Origin: an uncultured Eubacteriales bacterium
Lineage (GTDB): Bacteria > Bacillota > Clostridia > Christensenellales > Aristaeellaceae
Direction of reading: 5' to 3'
DNA length: 64,000 bases
Assembly (NCBI GenBank): GCA_902761755.1
Contig: CACWLP010000002.1
Coordinates: forward strand, 26,935 to 90,934
The position numbers and the translations under genes are program-made. The notes beneath the pieces are model-generated. The model was not told the origin of the DNA, ran no database searches, and saw only the letters and a list, made by a program, of their open reading frames with translations. Positions 1 through 8,518 of the stretch are shown one piece after another (the first letter of the stretch is position 1; each line of letters begins with the position of its first letter).

Positions 1-2
1 AT

Positions 3-785
3 GCCTTCGGCGGCAGCCTTTCCAGCGCAACGGGGGCCGTGATCGGCGAATCCGGCGGCCGCACGGCGGTGAACCTGATCGGCGTGGAATGTACGGCGGG
101 CGGGGATACCGCGATATCCGCTTCCGGGCGCAGCGCCGGCATCCTCACGGTCAACCTGTGGGATACGGAGCTGATCGGAAACATCGAGTGCGCCGAGGGC
201 TGCTCCGTGACCGTGAACCTGTATGCGGGAAGCCGGCTGGAGGGCGAAGTGACCGGCGGCGGGCAGGTGGAGATCAACGTGTTTGACGGCGGGGAATACC
301 TGGGCTCCTTCGACGCGAAGCAGGGCGGAGCGGGGAAAGCGGCGCCGGCCCTGGGCAGCTTTGACGATTATCTCATCAGCTGCTGGGCCTCCGGGTCCTC
401 CGTGTGGACGGAAAGCCGGGCGCGGAATTATGCGGAGAACGTGGAGCCCCAGATCCTGCAGAATTCTGCCGCCTGCCACGTCGCCGAAGGCGCGGCGGCG
501 AAGCCCTACGATCCGGAAAGCTACAATCCCTCCGAAACGGGCGTGGACCTGAAATTGCTGAACGTGGGCGGCGCCCACGGCTTTACCGTGGACGAGGTGT
601 TCGGCCCCTCCAGCGGGATGCCGTCCGGCATGCCGGAAGGGATGCCCGAGGGGATGCCCGAAGGCTGGCCCGGAGAAAGGCCGGAAGGGATGCCGGAAGG
701 AAGGCCCGAGGGAATGCCCGAAGGCTGGCCCGGAGGCAAACCGGAAGGAAAGCCTGAAAAGCCTGAAAAACACGGCGGGGAATAA
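3..785 (+). CDS. 3' part of a gene for a repeat-containing, probably secreted or surface protein; the 5' end lies outside the window
   Basis: The frame is open from the window edge ([12 protein letters not shown] precedes the GTG listed at 39). Repetitive segments ([36 protein letters not shown]) are followed by a [27 protein letters not shown] tail. TAA at 783-785, with a hairpin terminator downstream. Confidence 0.6.
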   Translation, partial: AFGGSLSSATGAVIGESGGRTAVNLIGVECTAGGDTAISASGRSAGILTVNLWDTELIGNIECAEGCSVTVNLYAGSRLEGEVTGGGQVEINVFDGGEYLGSFDAKQGGAGKAAPALGSFDDYLISCWASGSSVWTESRARNYAENVEPQILQNSAACHVAEGAAAKPYDPESYNPSETGVDLKLLNVGGAHGFTVDEVFGPSSGMPSGMPEGMPEGMPEGWPGERPEGMPEGRPEGMPEGWPGGKPEGKPEKPEKHGGE

Positions 786-868
786 TGCCGCTGCCTCCGG
801 TCGGCGCGCCGGGATGCGGAACGAATTCGCATCAGGAAGTATCTCCTCAGAAAAAATATAAAAATCGG

Positions 869-912
869 CCTGGAAATCCTGCCGGATCGGTGGAATTTCC
901 AGGCTGTTTTCA
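869..912 (+). terminator. Rho-independent terminator after the repeat-protein gene
   Basis: CCTGGAAAT (869-877) pairs with ATTTCCAGG (895-903) and is followed by CTGTTTTCA. Confidence 0.55.
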
Positions 913-980
913 TTGGGACGATGGAGGATTCGGGAATCTGTTCAGGTGGGCGAGAAACCGCACATATTGCGCGCCCGGTC

Positions 981-1004
981 CGTAGGGGCGGATATTATCC
1001 GCCC
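981..1004. repeat. Inverted-orientation copy of the palindromic REP-like unit
   Basis: cgtaGGGGCGGATattATCCGCCC is the reverse-complement form of the unit repeated at 1058-1247. Confidence 0.7.
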
Positions 1005-1057
1005 GCCGTGACATGCTGCTTTCCGCCGCTTTCCCGGCGTTTGCGTACCGTTTTTTC

Positions 1058-1247
1058 GGGCGGATGATATCCGCCCCTACGATGGACGAAACCACGGGCG
1101 GATGATATCCGCCCCTACGATGGGCGAGGCCACGGGCGGATGATATCCGCCCCTACGGTGGAGGAGGCAACGGGCGGATGATATCCGCCCCTACGATGGA
1201 CGAGGCCACGGGCGGATGATATCCGCCCCTACGGTGGACGATCCCGT
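1058..1247. repeat. Five tandem 38-bp REP-like units, each with an 8-bp-stem palindrome
   Basis: GGGCGGATgatATCCGCCCCTACG starts at 1058, 1096, 1134, 1172 and 1210 (exact 38-nt period). The units are joined by near-identical 14-nt linkers (atggacgaaaccac, atgggcgaggccac, gtggaggaggcaac, atggacgaggccac). The array lies between convergent genes. Confidence 0.85.
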
Positions 1248-1279
1248 TTTGAGACAACCCAGCCCGCAGACGTTTCAGC

Positions 1280-2752
1280 TCATGCTTCCCCCGAGGTGAA
1301 CTGGGACGGGGTTTTGCCGGTGTACTGGTGGAATACCTTGGTGAAATAGCTGCTGTCGTCGTAGCCCACGCAGGCGGCCACGTCCCGCAGCAGCAGATCA
1401 GGCTTTTCCCTGAGCAGCTTCATGGCTGCTTCCATGCGGCAGCGGGTGAGGAAGGCGTTAAAGGTGGTGGAGCTGTACTTGCGGAACAGGCGGCTCAGGT
1501 ACGTCTGGGAAATGCCGATCTCGTCGCACACGCTCTGCATGCTCAAAGGCTGGGCGTAGTTTTCCTCGATGTACTGCACGGCGTAATCGTACAGCTCCTG
1601 GGTGGACAGCTTCCTGTCCCGGACGGTGCCGTTATCGAACAAAAGGGCGTACAGGCCGGACATGAGATCGCCGTAGGAGCCGGCGCAGCGGATGATGCCG
1701 TTGAATTCCGTCAGCGTTTCTTCCAATTGGCTGCCCACCGGGGGATAGGAGGACGCCGTCTGGTGGATGATCTGCCGCCCCATGTGCCACACCTGGCGCT
1801 GGGGCATCTGCTCCTTTTCCCAGGCGGCGGCCAGGGAGAAGAAGTAATCCTTGATCATGCGGTATTTGGTCATGCTGATGAAATAGGAAAGCTGCTTTAG
1901 ATCCGCCGCGGGGAGGCGGATGCGGTCCTCCGTGGGGGAGCCGCCGGCGAACTGGATGATCTGGTGCCTGCCGATCACGGTTTTGCGGTACAGCAGCGTC
2001 AGCGCCCATTCGATGAAGGCGGGCAGCGATTCCATATCCCGGGCGGTGGGGGTGTACACCGCCGTCCAGGTGGGCAGGTTGCCGGGCTTGGTCATGTATA
2101 CGCTCAGATTGCTCAGGAATTCTTCCATGGGCCCGTCCGGGGCGATGAGGATGCGCTCGTCGTCGTCCCGGCCCCGGAGCACCTGGAAGTGCTCGTCCCG
2201 GGGCTGCACCAGGGAGGTGGCCCCCAGGGTCTTGGGCAGGGTCATATCCAGGTTGCCCCAGCGGATCAGGGCGAAGCGGAAGCTTTTGCGCCGGTACAGC
2301 TGATCCGCCGTTTCCTTGGAATAGGGCTGGCCGCAGGCCATGGCGGGCAGCACGGAGGCTGCCAGGTCGGAGCTGTCTACGTCCATTTTCTTTTCCAGGG
2401 ACTGCAGCATGGCCGTCATTTTGCTGATGGAAACGGGCTTCAGCAGGTACTCGTCCACCCCGGCCTGGATGGCCCCCTGGGCGTATTCGAATTCCCCGTA
2501 GCCGCTGATGATCACGATATGGATGTTGGGCTGCAGCGCCCGCGCGGCCTTCGCCAGCTCGATGCCGTTCATGCCGTGCATGCTGATATCGGTGATCAGA
2601 AGATCCACGGTATTCTGCTGCAGAAACAGCAGCCCCTGCTCGCCGCTGGCCGCGGTGCCGGCCACCTGATAGTTTTTGGCGTACTGCTCAATGATGCTGC
2701 GCACGAAGCGCAGGGCGGGCATTTCGTCGTCTACGATCAATACGCGGTACAT
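1280..2752 (-). CDS. Response regulator with an N-terminal receiver domain and C-terminal AraC/XylS HTH (YesN-like)
   Basis: MYRVLIVDDEMPALRF...LLITDISMHGMNGIEL...YLLKP is a receiver domain. The C-terminus, SVCDEIGISQTYLSRLFRKY...VGYDDSSYFTKVFHQYTGKTPSQF, is an AraC HTH. ATG at 2750-2752; the 124 codons upstream in the listed ORF look non-coding. Confidence 0.85.
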   Translation of the reverse strand: MYRVLIVDDEMPALRFVRSIIEQYAKNYQVAGTAASGEQGLLFLQQNTVDLLITDISMHGMNGIELAKAARALQPNIHIVIISGYGEFEYAQGAIQAGVDEYLLKPVSISKMTAMLQSLEKKMDVDSSDLAASVLPAMACGQPYSKETADQLYRRKSFRFALIRWGNLDMTLPKTLGATSLVQPRDEHFQVLRGRDDDERILIAPDGPMEEFLSNLSVYMTKPGNLPTWTAVYTPTARDMESLPAFIEWALTLLYRKTVIGRHQIIQFAGGSPTEDRIRLPAADLKQLSYFISMTKYRMIKDYFFSLAAAWEKEQMPQRQVWHMGRQIIHQTASSYPPVGSQLEETLTEFNGIIRCAGSYGDLMSGLYALLFDNGTVRDRKLSTQELYDYAVQYIEENYAQPLSMQSVCDEIGISQTYLSRLFRKYSSTTFNAFLTRCRMEAAMKLLREKPDLLLRDVAACVGYDDSSYFTKVFHQYTGKTPSQFTSGEA

Positions 2753-2818
2753 GGCCTCGCCTCCCGGATCTGATTCTGCATTCAGTATACCACACGGATT
2801 GGGAAAATTCAGCACAGG

Positions 2819-2833
2819 ACCGGAATTTCCGGT
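2819..2833. promoter_or_regulatory. Perfect 15-bp palindrome in the divergent regulator/GH3 intergenic region (candidate operator)
   Basis: ACCGGAAtTTCCGGT read directly from the sequence. No factor is assigned. Confidence 0.3.
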
Positions 2834-2868
2834 TCCCTGTGCCGGATATTCCCATGCCGGGCGGAGGA

Positions 2869-2905
2869 GCGGCTTTTTTCCTGGGCGGGCGCGGCTTTTT
2901 TCCTG
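2869..2905. promoter_or_regulatory. Direct repeat GCGGCTTTTTTCCTG x2 with 22-bp spacing (candidate AraC-type activator site)
   Basis: Identical 15-mers at 2869-2883 and 2891-2905, about 90 nt upstream of the GH3 start. The 22-bp period equals about two helical turns. Confidence 0.35.
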
Positions 2906-2996
2906 CTTGCGGGAACGGATTTCCGGCCATAATAAAAGCAGTGAAGTTGGGCGAGTGTCCCAACGGTGTCCCGACAGAATGAAAGGAGCGAATGGT

Positions 2997-5501
2997 ATGA
3001 AAAGGATTGCCCTGATTCTGGCTGCGATGATGGCCCTGAGCTGCTTTGTTCCCGCCCTGGCGGAACAGCAGTATTTCAACGCCACCACCAGCACGGCGCT
3101 CATTGACCCCACCACCTTCGTCAAGCCCTATGAAGTGAACGAAGTGATCGTGGAGGCTGACGAGACTACCGGCCAAAAGCGCCTGGAAGCCCGCACCAAG
3201 GAAATCATCGAAGCGGACGGGCTGAAATTCAAGGATCTGAACGGCAACGGAGAGCTGGACGTCTATGAGGACTGGCGCCAGCCCGTCGACGCCCGCGTGG
3301 ACGATCTGCTCTCCCAGATGACCATCGACGAGGAGATCGGATTGCTGTGGCATGCCTCCACCGGCGGCACCTTCACCTCCATGTATCCGTACACCGAGGA
3401 GTGGCTCTATTCCAACGAGCCCACCTATACGGATCAGGACGGCAACTGCTACGTGCCCATGTACCACTCCATCATCTCCGATAACGTGACCACCTACCTG
3501 CATAACGTGAACGGCACCCCGGACACGCTGATCTACGAGAACAACGCGTTCCAGGAGATCGCCGAATCCTCCCGCCTGGGCGTGCCCGTGGTGCTCAGCT
3601 GCGACCGCAGCTACAACACCTGGGCCGGCATGGTGAACATGCCCAACTACGCCTTCGGCATCGCCCATGACGAAGAGCTGCTCTACGATATGGTGGCCCA
3701 ATACGCCAAGGAAGAGCGCGCCATCGGCTTCCATCTGCCCTTCCATTCCTACGGCGTGGAAATCGGCTCCTGGTACGGCGACGACGTGAACTACATCGCC
3801 AAGATGGTGGGCCTGGAAACCAAGGCCTATCAGGAGAACGGCGTCAACGCCACCACCAAGCACTTCGTGGCCCGCGGCGGCCGCTCCTCTTACATCAATG
3901 CCAAGAGCCCGGCGGACCTGCTGGACAGCTGGCTGGTGGGCTGGAAGAGCGCCGTGATCGACAGCGATTCCGGCTGGGTCATGCTGAACAACGGCCCCCT
4001 GTTCAACACCTGCAACGTGTGCTACGACAGCGCCTCCATGGCGGTGCTGCGTGAGAAGGTGGGCTACGACGGCTGCGTGGTCACCGACTGGCCCATGTGG
4101 TTCCAGGTGCCCTCCGCTTCCGGCGTCACCCCCGAGGGCGTGGACCTGTCCACCTGCTCCGTGGGCGAACTGTACGCCATCATCTTCAACGCCGACGTGG
4201 ATCAGGTGGGCTGCTTCTTCATGGTGGAAAGCGACGTGCCCACGGATTACGATGCGGTCGTGGCCCGGTATCCCGGCATGATGCAGCCCATGTGGCCCGA
4301 AGCCGTGAAGGAAGAGATCGCAAAGGGTACCCTGGCCCAGGAGACCGTGGACCGGCACGCCAAGCGGGTGCTGCGCAACAAGTTTGAGCTGGGCCTGTTT
4401 GAAGATCCCTATTCCAATCTGGACGAAGCGCTGGAACTGTGCGCCAGCGACGAATACAAGGCCGAAGCCTTCGAACTGAACACCATCGACGATATTTACC
4501 GCGCCCGTACCGCAGAAATGAACGAATGGGATATCCGCCTCCAGACCGAATCAACCGTGCTGCTCAAGAACACCGATAACATCCTGCCCCTGAATCGGGA
4601 TGTGAAGGTCTGCGTGGTGGGCTCCTCCAAGGATACAGTATCCATGGATGCGGAAGCCATCGGCGCATACGCCACCGTGGTGGAAGAAATCGAGGACGCC
4701 GACGTGGTGGTGGCCCACGTGACCGCCATGGACGATTCCACCGAAATGTTCTTCGAGGACGCCCAGGACGAGGAAAAGCCCCTGGTGCTGCTCTATGACG
4801 GCGGCGTTTCCAACGAGCCCAGCGCCTGGGCTATCGAAAACAGCGCGGCCGTGCTGTTCCTCACCTACGACTGCACGCCGGACCACGGCTCCTCCATGGG
4901 CAATTTCTACCATAAGACCCTGCCCTCCGTGATCGCGGATATGCTGTTCGGCGAAAAGCAGCCCGCCGGCAGGACCGTGTTTGAAATCGCCCGCAGCGCC
5001 GACGACGCCACCCTGGACTGGGGCGAATTGCAGTTCGATACCGGCGTGGATACCTACCTCCGCCTGTTCATGGCCGCCACCGTGCGCCAGAACCCCACCG
5101 CCGCCCTGCCCAACAACCTGGGCGACGTGGCAGTGCCGCCGCACTTCGGCATGGCCTATGGCAATGATGCGGACATCGTGATCAACACCCTGGTGAGCGA
5201 TCAGGAAACCAAGCTGGTGGAAACCGAGACTTCCTCCGGCGTCCAGACCTCCGTGGAAGCCCTGAACCGCATCGTCCGCAGCGGCGAAAGCGCCAGGCTG
5301 TACATGATCGCCGAGAACCGCGGCGCGGATGGCTCCGCCGTGGTGGAAGTCAAGGAAGGCGATACCGTGCTGGCCCGTAAGTACATCAGCGTGGCCGGCG
5401 GCTCCTTCGTGGTCGTGAAGATCGACGTGCCGCTGGAAGGCGTGGGCGAGCATGCGCTCACCGTGGGCGACAACAGCATCACCATCGCCGTGCAGGAATA
5501 A
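2997..5501 (+). CDS. Secreted glycoside hydrolase family 3 (beta-glucosidase/beta-xylosidase-like), intact copy
   Basis: AAAGGAG Shine-Dalgarno 8 nt before the ATG at 2997. Signal peptide MKRIALILAAMMALSCFVPALAEQ. GH3-like KHFVARGG and GCVVTDW (nucleophile Asp context). C-terminal beta-sandwich region. Paralogous to 8519-9496 and 9779-12240. Confidence 0.8.
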   Translation: MKRIALILAAMMALSCFVPALAEQQYFNATTSTALIDPTTFVKPYEVNEVIVEADETTGQKRLEARTKEIIEADGLKFKDLNGNGELDVYEDWRQPVDARVDDLLSQMTIDEEIGLLWHASTGGTFTSMYPYTEEWLYSNEPTYTDQDGNCYVPMYHSIISDNVTTYLHNVNGTPDTLIYENNAFQEIAESSRLGVPVVLSCDRSYNTWAGMVNMPNYAFGIAHDEELLYDMVAQYAKEERAIGFHLPFHSYGVEIGSWYGDDVNYIAKMVGLETKAYQENGVNATTKHFVARGGRSSYINAKSPADLLDSWLVGWKSAVIDSDSGWVMLNNGPLFNTCNVCYDSASMAVLREKVGYDGCVVTDWPMWFQVPSASGVTPEGVDLSTCSVGELYAIIFNADVDQVGCFFMVESDVPTDYDAVVARYPGMMQPMWPEAVKEEIAKGTLAQETVDRHAKRVLRNKFELGLFEDPYSNLDEALELCASDEYKAEAFELNTIDDIYRARTAEMNEWDIRLQTESTVLLKNTDNILPLNRDVKVCVVGSSKDTVSMDAEAIGAYATVVEEIEDADVVVAHVTAMDDSTEMFFEDAQDEEKPLVLLYDGGVSNEPSAWAIENSAAVLFLTYDCTPDHGSSMGNFYHKTLPSVIADMLFGEKQPAGRTVFEIARSADDATLDWGELQFDTGVDTYLRLFMAATVRQNPTAALPNNLGDVAVPPHFGMAYGNDADIVINTLVSDQETKLVETETSSGVQTSVEALNRIVRSGESARLYMIAENRGADGSAVVEVKEGDTVLARKYISVAGGSFVVVKIDVPLEGVGEHALTVGDNSITIAVQE

Positions 5502-5521
5502 ACTGATTTGAATCATCCTGG

Positions 5522-5557
5522 CCGGGAGGCGCTGCAAAGTTGCCTCCCGGCTTCTGT
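5522..5557 (+). terminator. Hairpin terminator after the intact GH3 gene
   Basis: CCGGGAGGC (5522-5530) pairs with GCCTCCCGG (5542-5550). The T tract (cttctgt) is weak. Confidence 0.45.
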
Positions 5558-5599
5558 AACGAGCCTGTTCTTCATTCAGCAATGATGAACGGGGGGGAA

Positions 5600-5976
5600 C
5601 CGTTGGGGCTTTGCCCCAAACCCCATCGGGGAGGGCGTCCCTCCCCGAACCCCGCCAGCTGCGGATAACGCTGAGCGAAAAAGCAAACAAAACTCCGCTG
5701 CTGCACAAACGGGAAATCGGTTGTTCCCGGGCGGCCAGCGAAGCTGGCGGCCTGTGCGCTTTGCGCGCAGGGAAAAGCGAAAGGACAGGCTGTAAAATGT
5801 GTAAACACATTTTACGGCTGATCCTTCGCTTTTCTTCCGCCCGGGAGCCTGCCTGACATATCTTCAGCTGCAGGCGCGGGCTGTATGCCTGTGTTATCAT
5901 TCCGGATCGTCAGGATGGGTGCAGGGTGCGGCGCACCCTGCCGCGGGGTTTCAGGGGCCGCGGAGGCCCCTGGCTG
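5600..5976. repeat. MITE-like intergenic element, copy 1 (terminal inverted repeats built from paired GC hairpins)
   Basis: Left end 5600-5653 (TTGGGGCtttGCCCCAA, then CGGGGAGGGcgtCCCTCCCCG). Right end 5917-5976 (CAGGGTGCggcGCACCCTG, then CAGGGGCCgcggaGGCCCCTG). The internal block GGGCGGCCAGCGAAGCTGGC is shared with the copy at 50384-50751. Confidence 0.65.
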
Positions 5977-6028
5977 TCCGGTTTCATTTTCAACCATCCG
6001 GGCTCAGATCGGATAAACGGTGATGTAT

Positions 6029-7453
6029 ATGAAAAGAATCATCTGGCTTCTTCTTCTGGTTCTGCTGATCCCGCTGGCGGCGCGGGCGGATACGCGCACC
6101 GTATCGCCGGGCGGGCTGACGGACGCCCTGGCGGCCTGTGCCGACGGGGATGTGATTGAATTGGCAGACGGCGTTTACGGCGAGGATGCGGAATCTTTTC
6201 CCCTTGTGATCGACAAAGCTGTGACGGTCCGGGCGGCGCAGGGCGCGTCCCCGGTGATCGACGCGCCGGCGTTCAAGGCGGCGCTTCGGGTGGAAACGGA
6301 CGGCGTGACCCTGGAAGGCCTGGACATCCGTTTCCGGCGCACGGGCATCTACGCCATCGGAAACGATCTGACGGTGGAAAACTGCAAAATCTCCCTGGCG
6401 GAGGAAGAATGGCGCACCTCCTCCTGCGGCATGTGGTGCGGCGGCATATACCGCATGACGGTGCGCTCCTGCGCCTTTGCGGGCTGCGGCATTTCCCTGG
6501 CCGGGCCGCCGTTATCTGAAAAGAGCGCGGATCTGCCCAAGCTGACGGGGCTGTTCGAGGTGGGGGAGGATGCCGACTATTTCGTCACCCACACCATTGA
6601 AAGCTGCACCGTGAATGGCAAGCCCCTGTTTTACGCCGTGTCCCAGCCTGCCGTAACGGCGCCGGCGGACGCGGGGGAGATCATCGTCTGCGGCTGCGGG
6701 GAAGTGACCGTGGAGGGGGCGGACGTATCGGACTGCTCCATGGGCATGGTGCTGGCGTATAACGGACAGGTCATACTGACCGACTGCAAGGCGGACCGGT
6801 GCGGGGTGTTCGGCATTTACGTAGCCAAGTGCGGCGGCGGCACGCTGACGCGCTGCTCCGCCCGGGAGACCAATCACGGCCTGGATATCCGGGCCAGCCG
6901 GCATATCGTATTGCGGGACTGCTCCGCGGCGGACTGCGATCAGGGGCTCTTCTTCTCCCTGGTGGAAGACGGCGCCATGATCGGCTGCGCCGTTACCGGC
7001 ACGGGCCAGGGCTATTTCATGGCCGGGGGCGGAGGCAACACGCTGACGGACTGCGCCGCCGTTCAATGTGAAAACGGCTTCAACCTGCAGAAGGAGGGCC
7101 ACGTGCTGATGACCGGCTGCACGGCGGAAGGGTGCACCGTCTGCGGCGTTCGGCTGGACGCCACCCCCACCGTGTTCGTCCGGAACACCTTGCGGGACAA
7201 CTGGACGGCGGTGATGGCCTACGGCGGCGTTTCCTTCGACATGGCGGACAATCTGTTCGAGGATTCGGCGTGCTGCGCCCTGTACCTGCGGGACATCGGC
7301 TTCAGCCGGTTCAGCGGGAATGCCTTTACGGGCAGCAGGCAGAAAAGCGTCCAGGCCGCGGGCACGCTGGGCGGCAGCGTGTGGATCGGAAACAGCGTGG
7401 ATCTGCCGATCGATTTTTCCGGCGCGGCGGACCGGTTTGGCCTGTCCGACTGA
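6029..7453 (+). CDS. Secreted right-handed parallel beta-helix repeat protein (pectate-lyase fold / NosD-like)
   Basis: Signal peptide MKRIIWLLLLVLLIPLAARA. Repeated about 22-aa Cys/Gly-rich turns (TVENCKIS, VRSCAFAGCGISL, LTDCKADRCGVFGIYV, LRDCSAADCDQGLFF, LTDCAAVQCENGF, MTGCTAEGCTVCGVRL). Alternative ATGs at 6020 and 6023. Confidence 0.65.
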   Translation: MKRIIWLLLLVLLIPLAARADTRTVSPGGLTDALAACADGDVIELADGVYGEDAESFPLVIDKAVTVRAAQGASPVIDAPAFKAALRVETDGVTLEGLDIRFRRTGIYAIGNDLTVENCKISLAEEEWRTSSCGMWCGGIYRMTVRSCAFAGCGISLAGPPLSEKSADLPKLTGLFEVGEDADYFVTHTIESCTVNGKPLFYAVSQPAVTAPADAGEIIVCGCGEVTVEGADVSDCSMGMVLAYNGQVILTDCKADRCGVFGIYVAKCGGGTLTRCSARETNHGLDIRASRHIVLRDCSAADCDQGLFFSLVEDGAMIGCAVTGTGQGYFMAGGGGNTLTDCAAVQCENGFNLQKEGHVLMTGCTAEGCTVCGVRLDATPTVFVRNTLRDNWTAVMAYGGVSFDMADNLFEDSACCALYLRDIGFSRFSGNAFTGSRQKSVQAAGTLGGSVWIGNSVDLPIDFSGAADRFGLSD

Positions 7454-7595
7454 CGCGGGTTTTGGATTTTCCCATTTCCTGTGTGAAAATATCCTGCTTT
7501 TTCTTGCTTTTTATCTGATATGATTTCACTGTCAGAAATGGAACGCAGAGGATTGCTTTCCGCCGACGAATGGAGCAATCGAAAGGAGAAACACC

Positions 7596-8402
7596 ATGAA
7601 AAAACTGCTGACAGTCATTGCCGTCCTGATGCTGGCCCTGACGCTGGCCGCTCCCGCGCTGGCGGAGGAATCTGCCCGTCCCTCCATCGTCGCCCATAAG
7701 CTGAGCGACGCCGTGATCGACGGCGATCTGGGCGAATGGAACCTGGATTCTCCCGCCGTGGTGGCGGACGCCGCGCAGGTCATCCGGGACGTGGTTTTCT
7801 GGCAGGGGCCCGTGGACTGCTCCGCCAAATTCTACCTGGCCTGGAATGAAGACAACCTGTATATCGCCGCGGACGTTACCGAGGATACCCCCCTGGGCGC
7901 CATTGAAATGCTGCCCATCGACGGCGAGGACAACCTGAAGCTCTATATCTCCACCGATCCCACCGCCGATCCCGACCGCACCGAATACGGCACCAACGAT
8001 TTCCTCATCTATTTTGTGATGGACGAAGGCTTCTGGGATACCGCCATCGACCGCTCCATGGTGCCCAAGGATGCCCGTCAGCGCTTTGTCAGCCTGGGCA
8101 TGGACGGCGGCGAGAGCGTGCTGCCCGGCTATGAATGCGCCGTGCAGAAGACGGTTACGGGCTTCACCTGGGAAGCCGTGATCCCCTGGGCCGATCTGTC
8201 CAGCGAAAACACCCTGGCCAAGAAGAACAAGGTGGAAAAATACACCCCCGCCGCGGGCGACGTGCTCTCCTGCAACTTTGTCATCACCGACATCAGCTAT
8301 CCCTGCCCCGGCACGGAATACATCCCGCAGATGGCCTGGTGCGGCAGCCAGAAGATCGACAAGGATCCCAGCCTGTGGGGCAGCGTGACGCTGGCGGAAT
8401 AA
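7596..8402 (+). CDS. Secreted CBM9-like / DOMON-like carbohydrate-binding protein
   Basis: AAAGGAGA Shine-Dalgarno. Signal peptide MKKLLTVIAVLMLALTLAAPALAEE. AKFYLAWNEDNLYIAADVTED is typical of CBM9-like modules. Confidence 0.55.
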   Translation: MKKLLTVIAVLMLALTLAAPALAEESARPSIVAHKLSDAVIDGDLGEWNLDSPAVVADAAQVIRDVVFWQGPVDCSAKFYLAWNEDNLYIAADVTEDTPLGAIEMLPIDGEDNLKLYISTDPTADPDRTEYGTNDFLIYFVMDEGFWDTAIDRSMVPKDARQRFVSLGMDGGESVLPGYECAVQKTVTGFTWEAVIPWADLSSENTLAKKNKVEKYTPAAGDVLSCNFVITDISYPCPGTEYIPQMAWCGSQKIDKDPSLWGSVTLAE

Positions 8403-8429
8403 AAAAACAGAAACAAATCCTTCTTCTTT

Positions 8430-8463
8430 CGGGCGGGCCTGGACACCCCGCCCGTTTTTTTAT
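8430..8463 (+). terminator. Rho-independent terminator
   Basis: CGGGCGGG (8430-8437) pairs with CCCGCCCG (8447-8454), followed by TTTTTTTAT. Confidence 0.75.
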
Positions 8464-8518
8464 AGCTTTCTGACAGGATTTTTACAATCCGGATGGACAA
8501 TGCGTTTTTTCCATACCT

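Noticed and set aside
1058-1247. The 38-bp periodic array as a possible CRISPR locus.
   Set aside because: The variable segments are only 14 nt long and nearly identical to each other. The repeat itself is a tight palindrome, no cas genes are present in the window, and there are only five units. This fits a REP/BIME-type tandem repeat, not CRISPR.
2676-2996. A 107-codon N-terminal extension of the intact GH3 ORF (listed start 2676).
   Set aside because: The extension overlaps the divergent response-regulator start and the promoter region. An AAAGGAG Shine-Dalgarno and a canonical signal peptide begin at 2997.
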